Positions 53,280 through 64,000 of a stretch of 64,000 bases of DNA are shown one piece after another. The DNA lies in NCBI GenBank assembly GCA_951406725.2, contig OX597818.1:22320001-22384000 (forward strand). The letters are read 5' to 3'. This DNA is from Octopus vulgaris (lineage: Eukaryota). The translations under genes were made by a program, and so were the position numbers. Every line of letters starts with the position of its first letter. The stretch's first letter is position 1. Below the pieces are notes generated by a model. It saw only the letters and a list, made by a program, of their open reading frames with translations. It did no database searches and was not told where the DNA came from.

Positions 53280-53710
53280 AGTCGTGTCTGGTTCCAACAT
53301 GGCATCACAAGGCGAACAAAAATTGCTGTGTACCGTGCATGTGTACTGACATCGCTCATTTACTCATGTGAGACATGGACCCTTTACAAACGCCATGTAA
53401 AGATCCTTGAACGCTTCCGTCAGAGATGTCCGAGACATTCTGAATGTTGGCCGGACCTTAAAAACCACAGATACACAGGTCCTGAGGAAAGCCGATATCC
53501 TGAGTATTGAGGCTATGGTGCACAGACACCGGTTACGATGGACTGGACACCTTGTTAGAATGAATGATAGCAGGATCCCTAAACAGATGCTATATGGGTA
53601 ACTTGTTAGGGAAAAGCGACCCCGGCAGAAGCCAAGAGAGCGATTTAAGGACTGTGTAAAGTCCTCATTAAAGGCCTGTGAAATGCCGGAGGCTGACTGG
53701 AAGCTACATA
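53280..53710 (+). mobile_element. RTE-clade (BovB-like) LINE 3' fragment
   Basis: YRACVLTSLIYSCETWTLY, RLRWTGHLVRMNDSRIPKQMLYG and R-KD-VK-SLK. Confidence 0.85.
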
Positions 53711-53868
53711 GGTTTGTCAAGAACAGGGAGCACAAGTTTAAAGTATAAGGTAGTCTTGGACACACAATGTACCTAAAGGTCAGTAATGGTGTCTACTCAC
53801 ATAGGTACACTATGAGCTATACATACGCCGACGAAAATATGACCATTTTGCTTATCGGGAAATTTGTA

Positions 53869-54938
53869 CTGCAAGGTAGAAAGTGGTCCACAGATTAATG
53901 ACGTGACCGGTGTCGGGTGCTCTATATTGCGCCCGACTGTGATCTATACCAGAAATAGAGCGGGCATATTTAGGCTAGATTACACAACACAATCTCTGAT
54001 AGTGAAAGGTTTTCAGCTCCCGCTTAGTGGGGACCATGTAGTGTATGGGTGATCCTGATTGGGAGGTGTGAGCCTCCCCGCTAGGGTGGGTAGGCAGCCG
54101 CTGTTCTGCCCACTAGTAGTCCCGAGGTGGCTAATTAAATGCTGGCCAGGTTTAGCTTTCCTTCATTTAATGTGCAGGATGTGAGGGTTCCCATCGGGAA
54201 CACTAGGAATTTGGTCGGATCCATTCTTAGAATTACTGGGTGTTATCCTGGTTGTCTGGGAGGGACTTGATTAGGTTTCTGATGACTGAGTGTTTGTTGG
54301 GTTGGCCTGGGACACTTCGGGTGGTTCCTCGATAGGGATCGCTAGGTTGCTCTTGGACCCGATTGACAATGACTGGCAGTTATGACCCAGCTAGTGGTTA
54401 GTACTCGCGATAGACCACTTCTGGCAACGGGTGGATGCACTGTCAGACGGAGCCTTTCGCGGCTTGCAATTGAGTGTTGGTTAGTTGGCCGGTGGGTACT
54501 CTAGTCGGTTGGGGCGGTGGTTGCTAGCCTAACTAGGTGGGGGTAGTTTCACGCCATTTTTTAAAGTTTAAATTAATCGGTTCGGCCATGTATTCATGGA
54601 AATTGTCGCATAGATATAAGTATGAGAAACTAAGAGTTACTAAACATACAGTAGCCAGGCGCCGTTAAACTGGTGGCCTGTGGGTTCGGCACAGGGCCAG
54701 CAGGTCAGGCTGGACGTAATACCCAAATACGTTCGGCCGATTCGCGACCTTCCCCTGTAGTGGACAACGGGCTATCTCCACTGCAAGGTAGAGTTAGTGC
54801 CCCACAGATTAATGACGTGACCGGTATCGAGTGCTCTATATTGCGCCCGACAGTGATCTATACCAGAAATAGAGCGGACATATTTAGGCTAGATTACACA
54901 ACACATTCTCTGGTAGTGAAAGGTTTTCAGCTCCCGCT
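53869..54938 (+). repeat. ~155-bp direct repeat (53869-54024 and 54781-54938) at the 5' end of the long R2 copy
   Basis: ctgcaaggtaga...cagattaatgacgtgaccgg...gtgaaaggttttcagctcccgct occurs twice with few mismatches. Confidence 0.88.
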
Positions 54939-57900
54939 GGACCTAATACATGACCCCATCCATGACGTCCATTCTCTTACTTTAGAAATGGACCGAGAGG
55001 AGGTAGTGAGGGTATCAAGCCTCACTCCAGCAGGGAGCAAATTTTTGCTGCCTATTCCCGGCACGTCGTGCTCAATAGCCTGTCCGCTATGTCCTCTGCG
55101 CTTCTCTTCTCCCCAACGATAGGGAGAACATAGAATGTAGGCATGGTATTAAACCTGTCTACAGATGTAGCAAATGTAGGGAAAGCAGACACCTCTATTC
55201 GATGATGTGTGACGCCGGCTTGTGTAATGGTGCATCTGATGCGCCTGCCCCTAGTCCTACTCGGTCCTTCTTCCAATGTGACCACTGCAGCCGTTCTTTT
55301 TTGACGGCTGCAGGCCGATCACAGCACGAACGCCATAAACACCTTGTGGCTGCGAATGCGCGCAGGATGGCTGCTCAGAAAGAGTGGCTGGCAAAGAAGC
55401 GTGCTGATCGGGCAGCCGCTGCCGAGGCCTTAGACGGAAGACGCAGAGGCTGTTGGTCAGACGAGGAAGTAACGGTCCTCGTCGAGAAGGGGGCCGAGTT
55501 CTTGAAGGCAGGGGTTAGGTTAATCAATGCAACCATTGCACGGTTCCTACCGGGCAAGACTGCCAAGCAGGTAGGTTCCAAGAGGGCGGCCCTGGCCAAA
55601 AAGGACTCGTGAGTCATCAAGGGTCAGGGCTGCTCGTGGCTGATTCCCAGCCACAAGTTGAAGGAGGACCCCAGTCTGGTTTAGACTGGAGAGATCGCTT
55701 CCTCGACGATGCATGTCTCGGGCATACCCATTGGTCAGCGGTCTTCTCCGAGGCCCTATCGGAACTCGTGGAAGACAGGACAACGGCCGCCTGGGGCTCC
55801 TTTGTCAGAAGAGTAGAGGACTGGGCAGAGCACTTTAAGATGCGTAGGGAAGATGCTGCCAGAGGAAATAGTAATAATATAGCTAAATATAAGCCTAACT
55901 TTCGGCGGCGGGGTAAGCTCATAAGATACGCCCGCCACCAGGACTTGTATAAGAAGGATAGGAAGAGGCTCTTTGCGGTTGTGCTAGGCGAGGATACGGA
56001 GCAGGGATGCCCAATCCCTATGTATGCTATAGAAGAGATCTATAGGGGAAGGCCAACTGCTGCAGGCCCTGAGGTCGATCTCTCCGACTACTCTTCCTCC
56101 TCCCAGGTTGAGAACGGCCCTATTTTGCGGCCGTTCACGGTGGAGGAGGTTAAAATTAGTCGGAGACGAATGAACACCATCTCAGCGACGGGTCCTGATG
56201 GACTCACAATTAGTGAGATTAAATCCATGGAACCAGTTATCCTCGCGAATGTTTGCAACTGCATGCTGCTGGCGAGTAAAATACCCGATATCCTGAAGCA
56301 TGGTAGATCCGTCCACGTATCAAAGAGGGCGGAAGATCTATATGATCTTACAAATTGGTGACCATTGACGATATGATCCGCGGTATATCGTCTTTTTACT
56401 AAAATGGTCGCCAAACGTATGCTTCAGGTAACTCCCCTTAATCCAAGCCAGCGTGACTTTATCCGCGCTGAGGGCTGCAGTGAAAACTCGTTTCTCCTTC
56501 GGCAGCTCGTCAGCCGCGCGATGGAGAGGCCAGCACGACTGAGAATACCGCGGCTGGAGGTTGCCTTCATGGATCTCTCCAAGACCTTTGACATAGTCTC
56601 GCACTCTTTAGTGTATGTGGGACAGCGAAGACTTTGGTTCCACGAGCATATAATAAAACTCGTGGAGGGGATCTACGAAGGCAGCACTATCAGATTCTCA
56701 TCCGTGGGCAAGTTAGCGAACCCATCCAGAATCGCCGGGGTGTTTGACAGGGGGACGCGCTCTCACCGTTCCTCTTCAATATTGCAACTGTTGAGGGGAT
56801 CCGGATGGATGGAATCGCATACGCCGATGACATGGTCTTCAGACTCTTATCGACAGATGCTTGGAGTTCTATCGTGGGGTGGGCTGGGACTTAATGTCGG
56901 AAAGTGTGCGTGGTTCTCCATCCGCGGCTTGGGCAAGTCCTACCTAGTCAATCATAATACTCCGCCGAGCATTGATGGTGTCGCTATAAAACATTCCCAC
57001 TTGGACTTCGAACTCATGTCGGGAGTTTAGTTTATAATCAGTGGAGCATGTGTCTCTGGATATAAATAAAATATGCAGAGCTCTGCTGAAACCCCGACAG
57101 AAGTTTCTCTTGCTGCAGCAATATTACCTGCCTAGGCTCTTTCATAGTCTAGCACAGGTACTGCCTGCAAGGCGAATACTTGATAGGCTTGACACGGCCA
57201 TCCGTGAGGGGGCTAGGAGGATGTAACATCTCCCCGAAACTACGTCCTCTTCCTTCCTCTATTGCAGCCTGCGTGACGGTGGGCTGAGTCTTCACCAGAT
57301 GGTGAGACTTATACCAAAGTGCGCCTTTCGCCGTAACCTTCGCCTGCTGACCTTTGGATATGACTATTAGGAAGTTGGCGGATTCTGCAGGATTAGTCGA
57401 ACAGAACCAGCAACTTACAGTATCCTACGATTTGCCGTTGCTAGCTGCGGGCGCTACCGAGTACAACCCTGATATCCGGCTGGTGCATTCCCATACATGG
57501 GCGGCCCAGCCGGTGCATGGAGCGTATGTGGCGGCGTATCGTGGGGATGCAATTGGCAATAGTTGGATAAGTAGGCCGGTTATGGTTTACGGAGGGGTGC
57601 TACTTCGGTCTTCTCAAGGTGCGCTGCAATGTGTATCCCACCCGAGAAACTGACATGTGGGTCCCGTGGGGAATCCACGTGACAGATGTAGATTAGGAGC
57701 AGAGACCATTTCTCATATCAGTGGAGTGTTTGGCGCTCTTAAAGGGCCACAACTTGCCAGGCATGACAAGATATGTAGCCTGGTGGCGAAAGAATCTGTA
57801 GACTATGGCTGGAGTGTCAGTGTGGAGCCTTCCTACATTGTAGGCGGCTCCAGGCTGATCCCTTTAGCCGTCCGGAAAAAGTAGTGGTTGTTAATATGGC

Positions 57901-58446
57901 CGTCCGATTGAAGCAATCAGATGCCTTGAAAGAGGCATCTCTAGAGAAAATGCGCAAATACCGACCGCTCATACAATTACTATTATAGTAGTTTGATCGG
58001 CCGGTTGAGGTGCATGGACTCCCAATCGGTGCCTGTGGTGCCTGGTGCCGTCCAGTAAGTGTGGCACTGGACGCCCTGGGCATTCGTGACAGGTCATTTC
58101 GACGATTACTCAACCGGGCGGCAATGTTACTTATGTACAATATGCCGAGGGACTGGCTCTCAGCATGGGGGTCCTGCATACATGACCCCAGTACGATGAC
58201 ATAGGTTCGACCTAACCAAGAAAAACAAATTAAAAAGAAAACTGGCTATGACTAAATAACGATACCGTTTCAGAGGATGTTTTAGCTTTTTTTTTAACGC
58301 TTTTAAATATTGTTTGGGACAGTGGGATCGTCTTGGCTAAGAATAAAGTAATGCCTTATGTCCTGTGCGCGTCACTAAGACGAGGCATGAGTGGGACCAC
58401 CAACTATAAATAAAAGGAATCGGTGACTTAAATGTCCATTTCAAAC
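54781..58446 (+). mobile_element. Near full-length, disrupted R2 retrotransposon (family B, copy 2) with three N-terminal zinc fingers and a Myb motif (R2-A-type architecture)
   Basis: CPLC...GEH..CRH, YRCSKC...MMCDAGLC, FQCDHC...GRSQHERHKH, Myb WSDEEV...LPGKTAKQV, SATGPDG, EGCSEN, FMDLSKTFDIVSH, AYADDMV, LKPRQK, ETISHISG, RHD, EKMRKY; ends at TAGCCAAATGCC. The 5' boundary is uncertain and may extend to about 53870. Confidence 0.92.

Positions 58447-58481
<35 letters not shown>
58447..58481 (+). rRNA. 35-bp 28S rRNA fragment downstream of the R2 insertion site (non-functional)
   Basis: tagccaaatgcctcgtcatctaattagtgacgcgc matches the conserved 28S sequence 3' of the R2 cleavage site. Confidence 0.93.
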
Positions 58482-58852
58482 GAATTCATGGACAGTTTAC
58501 AAAAGTGTAGCAAAATTTTCCTTCAATAAAAAGTGCAATTTCAATAATTTTTGGAAAATCTAGAACGTTTTCAAAGCAAGCACTGCACAGGACACGATCA
58601 ATCAGTGTCGAGCTCATCTTTTAGTATTGAGAAAGACAGCAGCAGTCTCGGTGAGATCATGAAATTAGCAACGCAACTCGATCAGCTCAAAGAACGAGCA
58701 CTTAATCATCCACAACCATTTCAAAGAAAATCTGAAGCAACTGTGGGACGATTTACGGTTTCTGTTGTAGTTTGCCGGGCAAAATATTTCTTTTGAAGCT
58801 ACTGAATTGTTTTACCAGCTAGTAGCACAGCATTTAACCAATCTACTGATTA

Positions 58853-60107
58853 CGGAGGAAAGATTTGAACCTGTGTGATTATTTTTATGAACTGTAGCCT
58901 GTTAATTTAGAAAAATTTATTGTATTTTTCTGTTACGAAAAAATGTCAATTGAAATTAAAGCGTGAATGGCTCTAGTTGAAGAAACTCCAAAAACAACTA
59001 TGGCAAGTACAGCTGCCAGAGATTTTGCGGCAACGGTCGCGGTACATCAAGAAAACATGTCGATCCCACGGTCGGAGTACCAGACAGATTATGAAAAGTT
59101 AACGCTGAGGCCGAGGCATCTGAGGTACTACCTAGTTGGTGAACAGCAGTGGTCTCCGTTCGTCAGATGGCTGCTTCCTAGGTTCACTAGCTTTAGAGAA
59201 CTAGAACATTGGATCCATCGTAGACCAAAGTACGGCGAATGGCACTTGGAGTGTCGACAGGCACTCTAGTTTCTCTCTCACACGGGCAATGCCAGCGGCG
59301 GGGGCTCTACGTCGTTCTTCCATAGAAGATTGGTAGAGGCGAGGAATGATGACGGCCTGGGGGAGACTAGGCTTCGACGAAAATCAGTTAGCCTGTTCCG
59401 AAGAACATTCGGGCCAGGGTCTTTGGATAACCTCCAGAGATCTAACCTAGCAATGCTTCCGAGGCGCGCTACCGGTTCGCAATAAACTCGCAAAGCATGG
59501 TGGCTCCTGTTCACCCCTGTGCCCAACATGCAAACAGGACAGGGAAACCGTTCTGCACGCGATTGTGCAATGCCCCAAAATTATTGAAATGTGGGTTTAT
59601 GTAGAAAGTCTGTTGTCACGACTGGCAAGAGTACAGCTGTCTTCCGAGTCAATCATAAAAATTGTCCCTTCTTCCTTTCATAAAGAAGGTAAGGCTTGTT
59701 TTCTCACTGTAGTAGCTATTGCGAAAGAAGTCGTGTGGAAGACCCGTGCGAAAGGTATCGTGACAGGCACTTTCATCTCGAGCCTTGGATTGGTGAGGTT
59801 CTTATCCTTGCACCTATAAAGGAATGATAGAGAAGGAGTGCCTTTCGCCGGACGTATACAAGATGTAAGGTTGTCACGAGTGAAGGTCACCACCTAAGAG
59901 TGTACAGAAAGTCTTTCTAAAGGTAGCAGTAGCGAATCGGGGCTTGCGGGGCCGAAAGCAGAACCCGTCCCCACTTCATTTTGTGTCGTAATTTCATCCG
60001 ATTTTATTATGAAAAAAGATTTTTCATAGTTATGTTTTTTCATCCTGGCCCCACTTCATTGTATCGTCCCCTCTATGTCTGCTCCCCTGTGGGCAATTAA
60101 GAATTAA
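58853..60107 (+). mobile_element. Internally deleted Tx1/L1-clade LINE (copy c): 5'UTR and ORF1 start fused to ORF2 C-terminus and 3'UTR
   Basis: MALVEE...RDFAA start; LFQRTFGPGSLDN, CPTC...ETVLHAIVQCPKIIEMWVYVE; 3' end cccctgtgggcaattaagaa parallels copy b. Confidence 0.75.
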
Positions 60108-61164
60108 GTCGTTGTAGAGTCATTGTACGAGTTAAGATGGAGTTAGTGTAGTTACATATTTGTTGTCAAAGTGTGATAGAGTTACCGGGCAACACCTTAA
60201 TGCATGGACTGTTTGCATAAGAGTATCAAATCTTATTTCTCTATAAAGGGCAATTTTAATCATGTTTGGAAAATCTAGAACGGCTTGAAACTAGCACCGC
60301 ACAGGACTCGGTCGATCAGTGTCGAGGTAATCTTTTAGTATTGGGGAAAGACAACAATAGTCTCAATGAAGTCATGAAACAAACTTGTCGATCAGCTCAC
60401 GAAGAGCAAGCACCTAATCATCTAACACCAGTTCAAGCAAAGTCTGAACCAACTGAAACATTTGCGATATTAGGGATTTGTTTCTACTGTGAAAAATCTT
60501 ACTTTTTATATACACCATTGAAGCCACTGCCTTGTTTCACGAGCTAATTTCACAGCAATTTAAACAATCTACTGGCTAACGATGCGATGGATGCTATACA
60601 TGATGACCAGTGGATTAACATTCATCTTCAATTTACTAATTAGTTGGAGTCTATACAGAAACTTGTTAAACAGCTATGTAGAAGTAGTCATTAGAGACCG
60701 TTAAAATATAATTTAATAAATTTACATGTACTAATTTCTGAAAACTATGAATAAGGAAAATAAAGAAAATGAATACGGAAGAAATTTAGAATCTCTAGGC
60801 AATATGCTGTTCAGTCAACGACTTTTAGGATGTTCTAAACGTACGAGTGAAAAATTTAGTGTAACTTTCAAATCCTCGTCGGTAATAAATTTGAAATTAG
60901 ATCATGATATTGAGACTAGACAATCCATTCAGTTCAGACGCCATATGCGAAATCTCCACCCTAGCTAGGATGTCAAAGTTCCCCAAATTTAAAGAGTGAT
61001 AAAGGAATTACCAGACAATGCATGCACTGTCTGCAAAAGTGATTAAAATAGCTCTTTTAATGAAGAAAACTAATTTAAAATCTGGAATGTTTTGAAAATA
61101 GCACTACACTGGACTCGATCGATCAAGATGAACTGTCGCTAAAGGCAAAGACAGGAAGAAAAAA

Positions 61165-61525
61165 TATGTATACCCCTTAAAGCGGATCTGGGTTATTCTT
61201 CTGCTGAACTGCTGTAAGGAGTTATTGCCTGGCCAGATGTTAGCATCAACGGTTACGTCTACTCAGGATCTTTCCATCCATGTTAACCGATTGTGGCCAT
61301 ACTTCTGATCTACCGTCGATGAAAACTGTTACAATCTGTGAAATCCGCCGTCCCGAAGGACATTGCTTCGTGAACCCACTTATTCTTGCGCAATGACTAT
61401 GACACGCCCTCTCACACCATCATATACAGGACCTTATTGGGGTTCTTCCTCATAGACAAGCTCTTCACTATTGACATTAATGGTAGGAAAGAGACTGTAT
61501 CGGTGGATAGACTTAAGGCGTTATC
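61165..61525 (+). mobile_element. Gypsy integrase C-terminal fragment
   Basis: LKADLGYSSAELL, VPKDI...THLFLRND, SYTGPY and FTIDINGRKETVSVDRLKA; homologous to the minus-strand segment at 36885-37346. Confidence 0.75.
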
Positions 61526-63433
61526 ACAAAATAAAACCCCTAAGTGAAAGAGAAATTTAAAACAAAATTTAGCATACCCCATTGATGTTTTATACAAGAG
61601 AAAAAAGTTGAATGAGGAAAAAATAAGCTCTAATTCTAATTTATTTAGCTCAATAGAGTTTGCTCAGCTGGAGAGGGTTGTATTAAACTCATTAGATGGA
61701 AGAGAATAATTAGAGCACCAAAATAGAAAGGGGTTTTGCTTTCAAAACAGTTTAAGATAACCTGCGGACATCCTTTTGGTATCCGTTCACCCTCATCAAC
61801 TGAGGAAGACAAACGTAGTGGAAGATTTGGTGAAAATAAAACTATTGAATTACAGGTTAGTAAGCCCAATAGCATTTTCCCCTATTGTGATAAGACTAGT
61901 GTTGCACAGTCTTGATAGCCAATAGCAACTCAACATAATTTAGACAAAGAATCTCTGATGAATACTCCAACTCGGGGTTTGCTGAAAGAATGAGTTGAAA
62001 AAAGGAAAAACTACCACCAATGAAGTATATAGACATATATATGGACATATTTGACTTGACCTATCAACGCTCTGTAAGCCGGCCTGTCTTGCACGATCAA
62101 ATCTCCAGGCCACGCAACTATTTCAGCAAGTCATTCACAGAAAATATTCATCAGATATAAAACCCACAGAGACAAAAATGTCAAATGGATGAGATGTTTA
62201 CAGAACTGAAAAATTCTTTTGACTAGAAATGCCTATTTTGTAGAAGATAAACCCAGTTAAGGCGAGTTAAGAACGTAGCAATGTCATGATTATCGTACAA
62301 ATTAACTGGTGCACAAACTGTCCAACGGCGTACCAATGCAGAAAAGCAAGTAATTTAATGTGTAAAAATAAAACCTGTATTTGGAGGAGCACATGACAAA
62401 TACAACGCAGTAACACAGAGCGAGACTTTTTCGGATCAAATTCTGTCTTTTTTCCTCGTATAGATTTTATGAATATTTGTAATTTTTCCCCATGAGATAA
62501 CGTAGTAATCTTTATCAGGTAAAAATTGTGAAAATTTTATGAACAGAATAGGAGCAATTAGTAGCGGTTACACTAACAACCGCAAGGTAAAATACTGTAT
62601 ATCACATGCGAGTTGGAAAACCTCAATCAACTGGGATTACCCAAATCGGACAAAAACTCCCTAATGGAGATCAAAGTCTAAATACAAAGCGAGATAATGC
62701 CAATAAATTCAATTGCTCTGAACAGAAAAAAGGGCAGCGTCAGTGGGAGGGGTAACCTTTATTGTATAAATTCTACCGATGTAACTAAAATCTAAGTAAT
62801 TCGGGTGTTCTGTACCACTAAATAGATTGTAACAAATTTGACTAACCACTTCGCGAAGGCGATCGTTAGCTGCTCAAATTACTCGAAATTGGACAATACA
62901 AAGAATGGGCTGAAAGAACGTTTGCACGTACCCGAGTCCTTACTGCAGATAGATTATTTTTTCCAACGCAGATCACTTCCACCAGCTCCTTCGGATTCCA
63001 GATTTTACTGTATTACAGTAAATTGCGACTTTCTCTTAATATTCATCATCTAACGCTTCTCAAGTTTTACTAATACACAAAAAGTATCTACATGTTCACA
63101 CACCGAATAAATCGTATTGACATCCCCCGTTCATCTCGATGACGCCTTGCACAGTTAACCGACATCTCTTCGATTTCTTGAACACAAACTAAATTCACAG
63201 CTTGCTGAAACCCGATTTTTTAAATGGAATATTTTAAATGGAATTCGTTTTTCTTTTATTTTTCATTTAGAGAAAATACATGATTCTGTATGAAATTAAG
63301 TAAAATTAAATACTTACAGGGAAGGCAACAAATGAGGTACGAATACTTTCACTAAAATAGTAAAAACTAATAGTAAATTCACAAATACACTTGAATCTTA
63401 AGCATCAGGGGAAATCTTGACAATGTTAAAATA

Positions 63434-64000
63434 TCAGGTTGGTGCAAAAGTGATGTCCGATTTCCAGAAAAAATGTTTGAGAGCGAATTTATCAATTTTT
63501 TAACCTCTTATAGTTTTAAGAGATCTCTGTGTCTAATTTGTACTATTTTCTTTCAGATTATCTAACTTCTGACCTTAATTCTCAGAAAATTTTACCACTA
63601 TGTTTGTCCCATTTAAAGATCACATAAGAAATATTTTACTCTACAAGTTTCATAAAGATGTTAATGCAAGTGTGGCAGCAAGATCCATTCAGAGCACTTA
63701 TGGGGACGATGAAGTGAATGAAAGAATGCAGGAGGTGGTTTTCCCGCTTCCGAAGTAGCGATTTCACTTTGAAAGAGGACCCGAAAGAAGGTCGTCCAAA
63801 AAAACTTGATTCCGAAATGTTGGAAGCTCTTGTTTCAGAGAATCCGACCGTTACCACCAGGGAACTTTCAGAACAGTTAAACGTGGCCCATACAACCGTA
63901 TACGCCTGCTAAAACACATTGGAAAGGTTTCAGTGTCTGGAAAATGTGTCCCTCACGAGCTGTCTCCATAGAATCGACAACAGTGTGCTGCTTGTTGTCA
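63434..64000 (+). mobile_element. mariner (Tc1/mariner) DNA transposon: left TIR and disrupted transposase N-terminus, running off the window
   Basis: TA followed by tcaggttggtgcaaaagt (Hsmar1-like TIR). From about 63600: HIRNILLYKF...YGD...CRRWFSRFRSSDFTLKEDPKEGRP...TTRELSEQLNVAHTTV...GKCVPHEL, with frameshifts. Confidence 0.9.

Larger units (their letters stand above)
40000..61130 (+). repeat. Degenerate local tandem repeat, unit about 0.8-1 kb; surviving segments near 40000-40660, 41650-42480, 45470-46080, 49440-50400, 52190-52990, 58482-58852 and 60165-61130
   Basis: Recurring collinear motifs: gaaccaactgaaa (40021, 42025, 49459, 60446), gtttcaccagcta (40115, 42099, 52763), atcaaacgatacacttgg...ccagttttgaaa (42370, 45500, 50038, 52293), atgcatggac (40576, 52421, 60200) and gcacaggac...cagtgtc...tcttttagta (46026, 52519, 58585, 60299). 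Confidence 0.8.

Noticed and set aside
53746-53753. TAAGGTAG resembling the R2 target site upstream of the long R2 copy
   Set aside because: An 8-nt match only; the flanks do not match 28S (GACTCTCT upstream, CCAAATG downstream).
54061-54125. gcctccccgctaggg resembling an HDV ribozyme P3/L3 core
   Set aside because: P3 pairing is imperfect and no matching P1 or P2 could be identified by eye.
48349-58481. Possible rDNA unit containing R2 insertions
   Set aside because: Only 133-bp and 35-bp pieces of 28S are present; no upstream 28S, 5.8S or 18S sequence is recognisable.
40000-61130. CRISPR-like reading of repeats alternating with foreign inserts
   Set aside because: Eukaryotic context, kilobase-scale degenerate units, inserts at variable positions and no cas genes; the likeness is only an analogy.
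61560-63420. Possible further DNA-transposon-like repeat
   Set aside because: No TIR pair or protein motif could be confirmed from the sequence alone.

Overview
AT-rich eukaryotic (metazoan) genomic DNA. The SINE families, TA microsatellites and intronless C2H2 zinc-finger ORFs suggest an octopus or other cephalopod (inference). The left half holds two co-oriented, paralogous C2H2 zinc-finger genes (7211-9205 and 29263-31491) whose finger arrays share a 4-finger periodic recognition code. Around them are tRNA-derived SINEs, a 2.3-kb (TA)-rich microsatellite and decayed LINEs. The right half (about 33-64 kb) is a transposon graveyard. It starts with a minus-strand RTE LINE and an internally inverted Gypsy LTR element. 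From about 40 to 61 kb, a degenerate ~0.8-1 kb tandem repeat is interrupted by retroelement fragments: three R2-type, three Tx1/L1-type and one RTE. A Gypsy integrase fragment and a mariner follow. All nine recognisable coding TE fragments from 42.5 kb onward lie on the + strand, which suggests a flamenco-like unistrand piRNA cluster or TE trap. Two R2 copies end exactly at the canonical 28S rRNA target junction and carry 133 bp and 35 bp of 28S sequence although they lie outside an rDNA unit; one is nested inside a Tx1 ORF1. Coordinates of decayed elements are approximate, and no database search or alignment was run.
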